From assembly GCA_017478185.1 (NCBI GenBank), contig JAFVEA010000009.1, forward strand, positions 235,858 through 259,857: a stretch of DNA of 24,000 nucleotides. The letters are read 5' to 3'. How positions within the stretch are numbered: position 1 is the stretch's first letter; the number at the start of each line of letters is the position of its first letter. A program made the translations under genes and the position numbers. This document shows, piece by piece, positions 10,478 through 18,806 of this stretch. This DNA is from Clostridia bacterium. GTDB taxonomy: Bacteria; Bacillota; Clostridia; Christensenellales; UBA1242. The notes under the pieces are model-generated. The model was given only the letters and a program-made list of their open reading frames with translations. It was not told the origin of the DNA and ran no database searches.

Positions 10478-11045
10478 GTTTGATTTTTTAAATAAGTTTA
10501 AGTGGTTTCAAAAATTAAAAAGCATAAAACACATAAAGCTAATTCTTGTTTTGTTTTTAACTGTTTTAATAATATTTATTTACTTTTATGATTTTAAATC
10601 CACTTCAAAAACTTCAAAAAACGTAACACAAACTTCAGGCAGTTCCTCAACTTCAGTTTATGCCAAAGAACTTGAGCAAAGGTTAGAAAACACTTTGTCA
10701 AAAATCAGTGGAGCTGGAGAAGTTAAAGTTATGATAACTTTTAATGGAGTAACAGAACTTGTTCTTGCCAATCAAAAAGATGAAAAAACAACCTCAACAA
10801 AAAATTCAACATCAAGTGGGACAAATGAATCAGAAACAACAACAGTTAGCACGGAGCCAATTTTAATAACTGAAAATGGGGCAACAAATCCAATTGTTTT
10901 AATGGAAATTTTGCCAGAGATAAAAGGAGTTATTGTTGTTGCACAAGGGGCAGACAACATAAGAGTTAAGTTAGACTTATTAAAAGCCGTGCAGGCACTG
11001 CTTTTGGTTGAATCAAATCAAGTGGAAATTTTTAAAGGAAATTAA
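10470..11045 (+). CDS. spoIIIAG: Stage III sporulation protein AG
   Basis: ELEQRLENTLSKISGAGEVKVMITF..EILPEIKGVIVVAQGADNIRVKLDLLKAVQALL. Confidence 0.95.
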   Translation: MIKFDFLNKFKWFQKLKSIKHIKLILVLFLTVLIIFIYFYDFKSTSKTSKNVTQTSGSSSTSVYAKELEQRLENTLSKISGAGEVKVMITFNGVTELVLANQKDEKTTSTKNSTSSGTNESETTTVSTEPILITENGATNPIVLMEILPEIKGVIVVAQGADNIRVKLDLLKAVQALLLVESNQVEIFKGN

Positions 11046-11059
11046 AAGGAGAATTTATT

Positions 11060-11542
11060 ATGTTTACTAAAAAAAAGAAAATAATAGTTTTAACATCAAT
11101 GGTGGCGCTACTTGTTTTAACTGGATTTTTAAATTTAACACTAAATCAACAAGCAATTTCAACAACATCAACACAAACTGTGCAAACATCATCTCAAAGC
11201 TTTTTTGAGGCTTACAGAATTGATAGAAACACAGCAAGAGAACAACAATCACTTTATTATAAAGCAATAATTGAAAGCGAAAACTCAACACAAGAAGCAA
11301 AACAAGAAGCACAAACAAATTTAAATTTAATGGCATCAAAACAAGAACAAGAACTTGTTTTAGAAAGTTATATTTTGGCAAAAGGCTTTAATGATGCAGT
11401 GGTGTCTTTTACGGATAACTATGTTAATGTTATGGTTAAAGGAGCTGAGCTAACCGAAGCTCAAGTGGCTCAAATTGTTGAAGTTGTTCAACAGCAAACT
11501 TCAAAATCTATAGATAATATAAAAATTATACCCGTTGAATAG
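11060..11542 (+). CDS. spoIIIAH: Stage III sporulation protein AH
   Basis: N-terminal TM, REQQ..YYKAII..N..AS..EQELVLES..LAKGFNDAVVSFTDNYVNVMV; synteny. Confidence 0.94.
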   Translation: MFTKKKKIIVLTSMVALLVLTGFLNLTLNQQAISTTSTQTVQTSSQSFFEAYRIDRNTAREQQSLYYKAIIESENSTQEAKQEAQTNLNLMASKQEQELVLESYILAKGFNDAVVSFTDNYVNVMVKGAELTEAQVAQIVEVVQQQTSKSIDNIKIIPVE

Positions 11543-11602
11543 TTGCGCTAAAAAAAAATATATGTTATACTTTTTGTATATTTAAAGAGGAAGTATTTAT
11601 AT

Positions 11603-11971
11603 ATGAATCTAAAAACTCAGAATGTTGCAAGTGACGGTTTGGTAACTTATAATAAAAATATTTTGTTGTCAATAATAAATTTAGCAGCAAAAGAAATAAG
11701 CGGAGTGGCTTCGCTTTGCGCTAATTTTGGTGGTAATTTTTTTAAAAAGTTATTTTCAAAAAATTATTATGAAGGCGTTCACGTTTCAAACACAAAAGAT
11801 GGTTTAATAGTTGATATTTATTTAAACATATATTCAAACTATAATGTTGCAGATGTGGCGTTTAGAGTTCAAGAAAATGTTAAAACAGGAATTATGTCTA
11901 TGATAAATATGTCAATAAGTTCAATAAATGTTAGAGTTATGGGCGTTGAGTTTGTTGAAAACAAAAAATAA
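11603..11971 (+). CDS. Asp23/Gls24 family envelope stress response protein (YqhY-like by position next to nusB)
   Basis: GLVTYNKNILLSIINLAAKEISGVASL..VDIYLNIYSNYNVADVAFRVQENVKTGI. Confidence 0.9.
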   Translation: MNLKTQNVASDGLVTYNKNILLSIINLAAKEISGVASLCANFGGNFFKKLFSKNYYEGVHVSNTKDGLIVDIYLNIYSNYNVADVAFRVQENVKTGIMSMINMSISSINVRVMGVEFVENKK

Positions 11972-11977
11972 AATATT

Positions 11978-11994
11978 CCCTCTTTTTAAGAGGG
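11978..11994 (+). terminator. Hairpin/possible attenuating terminator between the Asp23-family gene and nusB
   Basis: CCCTCTT-ttt-AAGAGGG followed by tttattttt. Confidence 0.65.
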
Positions 11995-12019
11995 TTTATT
12001 TTTGTTGGAGGGAATTAAA

Positions 12020-12415
12020 ATGAGCAGAAAAAATGCAAGAGAAAAAGCATATCAAATATTGTTTGGATTAAAAAGCTTTGATAATGATGAGCAGTGGCAA
12101 ACTTCTCTTTCTGAAATGCAAAAAGAGTGGAATTTAGATGACGAAGATATATCTTTTGCAAAAGATATATGTTTTGGTGTTGTTAAAAATTTTGAAAGCT
12201 TAAAACAAATTCTTGAAAAAAATTTAAAAGGTTATAGTTTTGAAAAGCTTTATAGGTCAGATAGAACCATACTTTTAATTGCTTTATATGAACTTAATCA
12301 CACAACAACGCCTCAAAAAGTTGTTATAAATGAAGCTGTTGAAATTAGCAAAAAATATGGCATTGAAAAAAGCCCAAAGTTTGTTAATGGAGTTTTGTCA
12401 GGAGCGATAAAATAA
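12020..12415 (+). CDS. nusB: Transcription antitermination factor NusB
   Basis: MSRKNAREKAYQILFGLK..DRTILLIALYELNHTTTPQKVVINEAVEISKKYG..SPKFVNGVLSGA; start refined to ATG 12020 after ggaggg. Confidence 0.96.
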   Translation: MSRKNAREKAYQILFGLKSFDNDEQWQTSLSEMQKEWNLDDEDISFAKDICFGVVKNFESLKQILEKNLKGYSFEKLYRSDRTILLIALYELNHTTTPQKVVINEAVEISKKYGIEKSPKFVNGVLSGAIK

Positions 12416-13602
12416 TGGAAAATATGATAAGTGTAACGCAATTTTCCACTTATGTTAAACAGATTTTTAGCGCTGAGGAACTACTTCAAAACATACAAAT
12501 TTATGGAGAAGTTTCAGATTTAAAAATCTCAAGAGGAACAGCATATTTCAGCTTAAAAGATAGTGATGCGCTTTTGCCTTGTGTTGTGTTTAATTTTGAA
12601 GGTCAAAATTTCAGCCTCCAAGAAGGCGATATGGTCATTGTTAGAGGAAGCCCAAATTATTACATAAAAGGTGGGAGATTTTCTTTTGTTGTAAAAGAGA
12701 TAAAAGCTTATGGTCTAGGGCTTATTTATCAGCAGTTTTTAGAGATGAAAAACAAGCTTGAAAAAGAAGGTTTGTTTAACAAAGAAACAAAAAAACCTCT
12801 TCCAAAAAACATAAAAAAAATTGGAGTTATAACCTCACAAACGGGTGCGGTTATACAAGATATTATTGATATTTCAAGGCGCAGAAATCCAATGCTTAGC
12901 ATTTTGTTGTTTCCGGCAAAAGTTCAAGGAATTGGCGCAGAAAACACCATCATAAGTGGATTAAAAGAACTAGACAAAACTGATGTTGATGTTATAATAA
13001 TCGCAAGAGGTGGGGGCTCGCTTGAAGATTTAAGCCCATTTAACACTGAAGCTATTGCAAGAGCAATTTATGAAACACAAAAAATGGTTATAAGCGCTGT
13101 TGGGCATGAAACGGATTTCACAATTGCCGATTTTGTTTCAGACCTCAGAGCTCCAACGCCATCAGCAGCAGCCGAAATTGTTTCTGTTGACACAGCATCT
13201 CTTTATGAAAGAATGAACACAGCTCTTCAAAAAATAGAACAAGCTGAAAACAAAATCATAACAAATTATTTTGAAAAATTAAATAATCTAACAGAAGATA
13301 TAGTTTATCAAACAGAAAACTATTTAACACAAAAATATATTCCATTAAAAGATATGTTAATAGGCATAAAATATGAAATAGACAAATTTTTAACCAAAAA
13401 AGAACAAAATTTTAAACTTCTTTTAAGCAAAATTGAACTAAACAACCCAATTTCAATTTTAAGCCATGGATATGCAACCATTGAAAAAAACAATCAAAGA
13501 ATAACAAAGTTAGAAGAGATTAAAATTGGTGATGAAATTGTTGTTAATTTAAGTTGTGGAAATATATTTGCAAATGTAACAAAAAAGGAGCAAAATAAAT
13601 GA
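12415..13602 (+). CDS. xseA: Exodeoxyribonuclease VII large subunit
   Basis: MISVTQFSTYVKQIF.., GVITSQTGAVIQDIIDISRRR, IIARGGGSLEDLSPFN, VGHETDFTIADFVSDLRAPTPSAAAE. Confidence 0.98.
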   Translation: MENMISVTQFSTYVKQIFSAEELLQNIQIYGEVSDLKISRGTAYFSLKDSDALLPCVVFNFEGQNFSLQEGDMVIVRGSPNYYIKGGRFSFVVKEIKAYGLGLIYQQFLEMKNKLEKEGLFNKETKKPLPKNIKKIGVITSQTGAVIQDIIDISRRRNPMLSILLFPAKVQGIGAENTIISGLKELDKTDVDVIIIARGGGSLEDLSPFNTEAIARAIYETQKMVISAVGHETDFTIADFVSDLRAPTPSAAAEIVSVDTASLYERMNTALQKIEQAENKIITNYFEKLNNLTEDIVYQTENYLTQKYIPLKDMLIGIKYEIDKFLTKKEQNFKLLLSKIELNNPISILSHGYATIEKNNQRITKLEEIKIGDEIVVNLSCGNIFANVTKKEQNK

Positions 13603-13805
13603 CTTTTGAACAAAATGTTAAAAGATTAGAAGAAATATTAGAAGAATTAGAATCTGGCAAGATATCTTTAGATGAAGCAAACAAGCTTTTTCAAGAAGCA
13701 ATCAGTTTGTCTAAAAAAAGTTATGAAATGCTTAGTGAGTCAAAAGGCAAAATAACTGTTTTGAAAAAAGAAATTGAAAGTTTTGTTGAAAAACCTTATG
13801 AATAA
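13599..13805 (+). CDS. xseB: Exodeoxyribonuclease VII small subunit
   Basis: MTFEQNVKRLEEILEELESGKISLDEANKLFQEAI; overlaps xseA. Confidence 0.96.
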   Translation: MTFEQNVKRLEEILEELESGKISLDEANKLFQEAISLSKKSYEMLSESKGKITVLKKEIESFVEKPYE

Positions 13806-13841
13806 GGTGATAACTTTTGTTTGTTTTTAATATAATAATAT

Positions 13842-14444
13842 ATGCGGGCAGAACAAAACGAGCAAAACATAGAAGTTTTATCTAACAAAAACACAAAGCA
13901 TAAATTTAGTGGAAAATTATGGTATTTAGAACTGTTTTTTTCCTCTCTTTTTTTGTGTTTTATGTTTGCAATCATATCTCAATTAACTTTATTAAATTCT
14001 GGTTTAGCGCTGGCACTTTTTTTGGTTTTGGTGTTGATTTTTGTTTCTGTTTTGTTTGATATAATAGGCGTTGCAGTTGCTGCCAGCAACATAAAACCAT
14101 TTTTAGAACTTAAAAAAGCAGGAAAAACAAAAGGCGTTAATATGGCAATAAAAATGGTGAAAAATGCCGATAGAGTGTCTTCAATTTGCACTGATGTTGT
14201 TGGAGATATTTGCAGCATTGTTAGTGGCGCAAGCGGTGTGGCAATTTCAATTATAATAATATCAGAACTTCCAAGCATAAGCAGTGCAGTTTTATCCACT
14301 TTGATTAGCTCGTTTATTGCCGCCCTAACTGTTTTGGGGAAAGCTGTGGGCAAATCATTTGCGTTAAATTCTTCAACAAAAATTTTGTTGTTTTTTGGCA
14401 AGATTTTAGAATTTTTTAGTTTTAAAAAAAATAAAAAAAATTAA
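13842..14444 (+). CDS. Membrane protein of unknown function
   Basis: 200 aa with several hydrophobic segments; long ORF filling xseB-recN interval; start codon uncertain because no Shine-Dalgarno is visible. Confidence 0.7.
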   Translation: MRAEQNEQNIEVLSNKNTKHKFSGKLWYLELFFSSLFLCFMFAIISQLTLLNSGLALALFLVLVLIFVSVLFDIIGVAVAASNIKPFLELKKAGKTKGVNMAIKMVKNADRVSSICTDVVGDICSIVSGASGVAISIIIISELPSISSAVLSTLISSFIAALTVLGKAVGKSFALNSSTKILLFFGKILEFFSFKKNKKN

Positions 14445-14474
14445 AGCAATCATAAAAAATTGATTGCTTTTTTT
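14443..14474 (+). terminator. Rho-independent terminator
   Basis: AAAGCAATCA-taaaaaat-TGATTGCTTT followed by Ts. Confidence 0.9.
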
Positions 14475-14492
14475 GTTCATTTGTTCTATAAT
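14464..14492 (+). promoter_or_regulatory. Candidate recN promoter
   Basis: TTGCTT - 17 nt - TATAAT; overlaps the inverted repeat and lies just upstream of the LexA-like box. Confidence 0.55.
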
Positions 14493-14500
14493 AAAAATTA

Positions 14501-14512
14501 GAACAAATGTTT
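14501..14512 (+). promoter_or_regulatory. Candidate LexA/SOS box of recN
   Basis: GAACAAATGTTT matches the clostridial GAAC-N4-GTTY form. Confidence 0.65.
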
Positions 14513-14525
14513 GAGGTGAATTTTT

Positions 14526-16190
14526 ATGATAACAAAATTAAGAATACAAAATTTTGCACTAATTGAAGATTTAACTTTAAATTTAACAAACAATTTGGTT
14601 GTTTTTAGCGGAGAAACTGGGTCTGGAAAATCTATTATAATAAATGCAATAAATTTTTTGATAGGAGAGCGGGCCGACAAAACTTTTATTCGAAATGAAA
14701 GTGATTTTATGCAAGTTGATGGAATTTTTAAGATAAGTGAAAAAGCTAAAAAAATCTGTGAAAATTTTGGAATAAAAGCGGATGATGAGCTTTTAATTAC
14801 AAGAAAAATTTCATTAGATGGCAAGTCTGAAGCAAGGGCAAATGGTGAGATTATAACAATATCTATGTTAAAACAAATAACAGAAGCTTTGGTTGATGTT
14901 TGTGGTCAGCATCAAAATCAAAGTTTGTTAAATCCTTTAAACCACCTAACTTTTTTGGATGAATATAATTACCCACAAAGCCTAAATGATTTAAAAAAAG
15001 TTATTCAAAACCTAAAAATTGTTCATCAAAATCTTAAAAAATTTGGTGGTGATGATGCTTCAAGAGAGCGAGAAAAAGATATTTTAAATTTTGAACTTAG
15101 TGAATTAGAAAATGCTGAAATTGTTGAAGGCGAAGATGAAATTCTCCAAGAAAAACAAAAATTATTTCAGCACACTCAAAAATTGCTGGAGGCAATAAGT
15201 TTGGCAAGTGCTTGTTTAAGCGGTGATGACAACTTTTCTGTTGATAATTGCTTGTATGGCGCAATAAAAAACTTAAATTCAGTTATAAATATTGATAAAA
15301 ACATAGAAAATGAGTATAACAGATTAAATTCAGTTCAAATTGAGTTAAGTGACATAAAACAAAGTTTAGAAGATGTATTAAATGGTTATGATTTTAGTGA
15401 AGAAGAGTTTTTAAGGGTGGAAAACAGACTTTCACTTTTAAAAAACATAAAAAGGAAGTATGGTGGCAGTTTAAGTGAGGCTTTAAATTATCAAAAAAGC
15501 TTAAAAGAAAAGTTGTATTTTTTAGAAAATAGCGAACAAGAAATTAAAAAATTAACAGAAGAAAAAAATGATTTAACAAAAAAAGCTTATGATTTGTGTG
15601 AAAAAATAACAAAACACAGAAAAACTATTGCAAAAATTTTTGAACAAAAAATAAAAGAAGAATTATCCACTCTTGGAATGGAAGAAGCAAAACTTGTTGT
15701 TGATTTTAAACAAAAAGAGATTTTTGATGAAAATGGCATTGATGAAATAAATTTTATGTTTTCAGCCAACATAGGAGAACCCCTAAAGCCTTTAACAAAA
15801 GTTATTTCAGGTGGAGAAATGTCTAGATTTATGCTTGCTTTTAAAACTGTTTTGGGGAACAAAAACAGCACACCAACCCTTTTGTTTGATGAAATAGACA
15901 GCGGAATTGGTGGCGAAACTGGTTATATGGTTGGCCTAAAGCTTAAAAGTTTGGCAAAAAATGCTCAAGTTATTGTTGTAACACACCTAGCTAGCATTGG
16001 TGCTATGGCAGACAAGCATTTTAAAGTTTTTAAAACTCTTAAAACAAGCAGAACAATCACAAATGTTTTAGAGCTAACAGAACAAGAAAAATTAACTGAA
16101 ATAGCTCGGCTTGCGGGTGGGTTTGAAGGAGATTTTGCAAAGGATTATGCAAAAAAGCTAAAATTAAAAGTTGGCCAGTTAAGCGCTTAA
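14526..16190 (+). CDS. recN: DNA repair protein RecN
   Basis: MITKLRIQNFALIEDLTLNL, Walker A FSGETGSGKSIIINAI, C-terminal VISGGEMSRFMLAFK and LLFDEIDSGIGGETG. Confidence 0.98.
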   Translation: MITKLRIQNFALIEDLTLNLTNNLVVFSGETGSGKSIIINAINFLIGERADKTFIRNESDFMQVDGIFKISEKAKKICENFGIKADDELLITRKISLDGKSEARANGEIITISMLKQITEALVDVCGQHQNQSLLNPLNHLTFLDEYNYPQSLNDLKKVIQNLKIVHQNLKKFGGDDASREREKDILNFELSELENAEIVEGEDEILQEKQKLFQHTQKLLEAISLASACLSGDDNFSVDNCLYGAIKNLNSVINIDKNIENEYNRLNSVQIELSDIKQSLEDVLNGYDFSEEEFLRVENRLSLLKNIKRKYGGSLSEALNYQKSLKEKLYFLENSEQEIKKLTEEKNDLTKKAYDLCEKITKHRKTIAKIFEQKIKEELSTLGMEEAKLVVDFKQKEIFDENGIDEINFMFSANIGEPLKPLTKVISGGEMSRFMLAFKTVLGNKNSTPTLLFDEIDSGIGGETGYMVGLKLKSLAKNAQVIVVTHLASIGAMADKHFKVFKTLKTSRTITNVLELTEQEKLTEIARLAGGFEGDFAKDYAKKLKLKVGQLSA

Positions 16191-16227
16191 TTAAATATTT
16201 TTTACATACATATTTTTATATTATTTA

Positions 16228-16260
16228 AAAAGACTATATTCTATGGGAGTATGGTCTTTT
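16228..16260 (+). terminator. Hairpin between recN and spoIVB (possible terminator containing the spoIVB RBS)
   Basis: AAAAGACTATA ... TATGGTCTTTT, 11-bp stem with one T.G wobble. Confidence 0.5.
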
Positions 16261-17301
16261 ATGTTTGAAAAAATAAAAAATTCAATGTTAAAATTTTTGT
16301 TTATTACTTTTTTAATGTTTTATTTTTTAAATCCGCAAGCGTCTATTAAGGAGTGTTTTTCGGCCACTTCACAACAAATGGTTTCAAAAGTGATTTTGGG
16401 TGGGGAAAGTGTTGGTTTTGAATATTTTGGTGATGGAGTTTTGGTGGTTTCAAACAATAGAGTTTTGTTGGCAGAAAGTTACATAAACAACATAAACAAC
16501 TTGGTTTTAACTGGTGGGGATATAATAAAAAGCATAAATGACCAAAATGTTTTTAATTCAAAACAAATATCAGACATTTTAAATGGTCAAGATGCTGGAA
16601 AAGAAGTTAAAATAGATTTTATTCGAAATGGAAAAGTTTGTCAAACTTTTTTAAATCCAGAATATGATGTTTTTGCAAAAAAATTTAAATTGGGCGTTTG
16701 GGTTAAAGATGAAATAAGTGGGGTTGGAACATTAACATACATAAATCCTAAAACAGGTTATTTTGGAGCACTTGGGCATCCAATAACAACAAACACTGGT
16801 CAAAAACTTGGGGTTAAATCTGGAACAATTTATAATTGTGATATTGTTGATATAGCAAAAGGTTCAAAAGGGGTTCCAGGGGAACTTAAAGGAGTTATAT
16901 CCAGAGATAAAGCCATTGGTTCAGTTCACAAAAACAGTGATTTTGGAGTTTTTGGAACAATAAAAGACAAAAAGATGTTATCAAGACAAAATCTTGTTGA
17001 TATTGGTGGAAAAAACACCATAAAACCAGGTAAGGCAACAATGTTTTCTTGTGTTGATAATAATGAAGTTAAGGGATATGAGATACAAATTATTAAAACA
17101 AGTTATCAATCAGTTTCAAATGATAAAAGTTTTGTTATAAAAGTTGTTGATGAAAATTTAATTAAAAAAACTGGTGGAATAGTTCAAGGTATGAGCGGAA
17201 GCCCCATAGTTCAAAATGGAAAGCTTGTTGGAGCTGTTACGCATGTTTTTACCAATGATGCAACAAAGGGTTTTGGAATTTATATAGACTGGATGTTATG
17301 A
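16261..17301 (+). CDS. spoIVB: SpoIVB S55-family sporulation peptidase
   Basis: PDZ-like region, GALGHPITTNTG and catalytic-Ser region GGIVQGMSGSPIVQNGKLVGAVTHVF; start refined from 16243 to ATG 16261 with gggag upstream. Confidence 0.95.
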   Translation: MFEKIKNSMLKFLFITFLMFYFLNPQASIKECFSATSQQMVSKVILGGESVGFEYFGDGVLVVSNNRVLLAESYINNINNLVLTGGDIIKSINDQNVFNSKQISDILNGQDAGKEVKIDFIRNGKVCQTFLNPEYDVFAKKFKLGVWVKDEISGVGTLTYINPKTGYFGALGHPITTNTGQKLGVKSGTIYNCDIVDIAKGSKGVPGELKGVISRDKAIGSVHKNSDFGVFGTIKDKKMLSRQNLVDIGGKNTIKPGKATMFSCVDNNEVKGYEIQIIKTSYQSVSNDKSFVIKVVDENLIKKTGGIVQGMSGSPIVQNGKLVGAVTHVFTNDATKGFGIYIDWML

Positions 17302-17327
17302 TTTTTGTAAAATATTTTAAAATATTG

Positions 17328-17356
17328 TTGATTATTTTAAAATATTGTGCTATACT
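17328..17356 (+). promoter_or_regulatory. Sigma-A-like promoter of the spo0A-like gene
   Basis: TTGATT - 17 nt - TATACT. Confidence 0.65.
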
Positions 17357-17391
17357 CAAAACAGAAAGCAAAATCGGGGGATGTAAAAAGT

Positions 17392-18075
17392 ATGTATGGC
17401 ATATACTATTCAGAAGAAAATGAATTTATAAATTCTAATTTAAAAATACTGCTAGACAAAAATGATATTTGTTTGGATTATACAAACAAAATAAATGAAT
17501 TACTCAAAAAAGTGTTAAATTTTAGACCTAATTTAATATTTTTGCAATTTAAAACAAAAGAATTTAAAAAATTATTTTATGATATTTTTTCAAAAGAATC
17601 TATGTTTTATATGCCGTATGTTTTCATTATTGATGAAAATTCTTGCAAAAGCCAAAATGGAGAGAGCTTGGAAGAGGTTTTAGAAAAAATAAAATATCCA
17701 AAAATGGAAAATATAAATAAAAATATACCAATAAATATTTTAAAAAATTTAAACACTTTATTGGTTGGGATGGGCTTTTCAGCAAAAAACAGAGGATTAA
17801 TATTTTTGAAAGATGCTATAAAATATTATGTTTTTTCTTCAACAGAAAAAGATATAACAATAACAAAAGTTTTGGATTATGTTTCAAAAATTCATAAAAC
17901 AAATGTTGAAAATGTTGAACGAAGCATACGAGTTGCGATAAATGTTGCTTGGGCAAAAATCAAGCCAAAAGAAGCAAGCGCTTTTTCTGGGGTTGATGAA
18001 ATTTATTTTTTAACAAAGCCCACAACAAAACAATTTATTATTGATATTAGTGATATATTGCTTTCAAAAGCTTAA
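17392..18075 (+). CDS. spo0A: Spo0A-like transcription factor with degenerate receiver domain
   Basis: C-terminal LLVGMGFSAKNRGLIFLKDAIKYYV..ITITKVLDYVSKIHKTNVENVERSIRVAINVAWAK..KPTTKQFIIDISDIL matches the Spo0A effector domain; directly after spoIVB; start refined from GTG 17347 to ATG 17392. Confidence 0.85.
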   Translation: MYGIYYSEENEFINSNLKILLDKNDICLDYTNKINELLKKVLNFRPNLIFLQFKTKEFKKLFYDIFSKESMFYMPYVFIIDENSCKSQNGESLEEVLEKIKYPKMENINKNIPINILKNLNTLLVGMGFSAKNRGLIFLKDAIKYYVFSSTEKDITITKVLDYVSKIHKTNVENVERSIRVAINVAWAKIKPKEASAFSGVDEIYFLTKPTTKQFIIDISDILLSKA

Positions 18076-18084
18076 TTTTATTGC

Positions 18085-18111
18085 ATAAATAAACATTTTA
18101 AAACATATTTT
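18085..18111 (+). promoter_or_regulatory. Candidate sigma-E promoter of spoIIM
   Basis: ATAAA - 14 nt - CATATTTT, resembling the Bacillus sigma-E pattern ATATT-N14-CATACANT. Confidence 0.35.
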
Positions 18112-18116
18112 TTAAT

Positions 18117-18755
18117 ATGTCTAAAAACATTTTAAAACGAAACACTTATATAAAATACTCAATCACAGACCATTTTAAAAAATATAAATGGATTTATTTA
18201 ATTTTGTTTATTTGCTTGATTTTAGGTTTAATTTTGGGCTTTGTTGTTGGGTTTAAAAGGGCAGATAATTTTTCTTTAAGTGATTTGCCAGATAGCAGTT
18301 TGGTTGATTTTATAAACAAAAAAATTTCAGCGGCTTCTTTGTTTTTTTCTAGAATTTGTTCATTTTTTGGACTAATTTTTTTGTTTTGGTGCATAAATTG
18401 TAAGAAATTTTTAAGTTTTATAACTTTTATAATTGTTTTTTATAGGGCTTTTTTAATAGGTATAAATTGTGCCATTTTAATGTTTATTTATAAGTTTGGT
18501 GGAGCAATCAATGTTTTTTTGGTTATTTTGCCAACGCATCTAATTGCACTTGTTTTGTTGCTTTGTTTTGGCGCTGTTTGCGCTTATTTTGCATTTAATG
18601 AAAAAAATATTGGCTATGGCACATTTAGTGGTTATTTTTTTAGAGAAGCAAAAGCGGTTTTGTTTACCGTGGTTGTTGGTGCAATTTTGTGTTATCTCTT
18701 TGAAGCTTTGCTTCTTCCGCACATATCTTCAGCAATATTTATTGGAATAAACTAA
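18117..18755 (+). CDS. spoIIM: Stage II sporulation protein M
   Basis: 212 aa polytopic protein with SpoIIM/DUF95-like layout, between spo0A-like and dacF-like genes. Confidence 0.85.
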   Translation: MSKNILKRNTYIKYSITDHFKKYKWIYLILFICLILGLILGFVVGFKRADNFSLSDLPDSSLVDFINKKISAASLFFSRICSFFGLIFLFWCINCKKFLSFITFIIVFYRAFLIGINCAILMFIYKFGGAINVFLVILPTHLIALVLLLCFGAVCAYFAFNEKNIGYGTFSGYFFREAKAVLFTVVVGAILCYLFEALLLPHISSAIFIGIN

Positions 18756-18806
18756 AAACACATAAAATATAAATTTTTGCAAAACATAACAACAAAAGGA
18801 GAAAAA

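Noticed and set aside
10560-10860. Ser/Thr-rich segment in SpoIIIAG as an unusual low-complexity insertion
   Set aside because: A variable linker after the TM segment is normal for SpoIIIAG proteins.
12415-13805. XseAB next to recN as a novel defence nuclease module
   Set aside because: Both are standard housekeeping genes in their usual Firmicutes neighbourhood.
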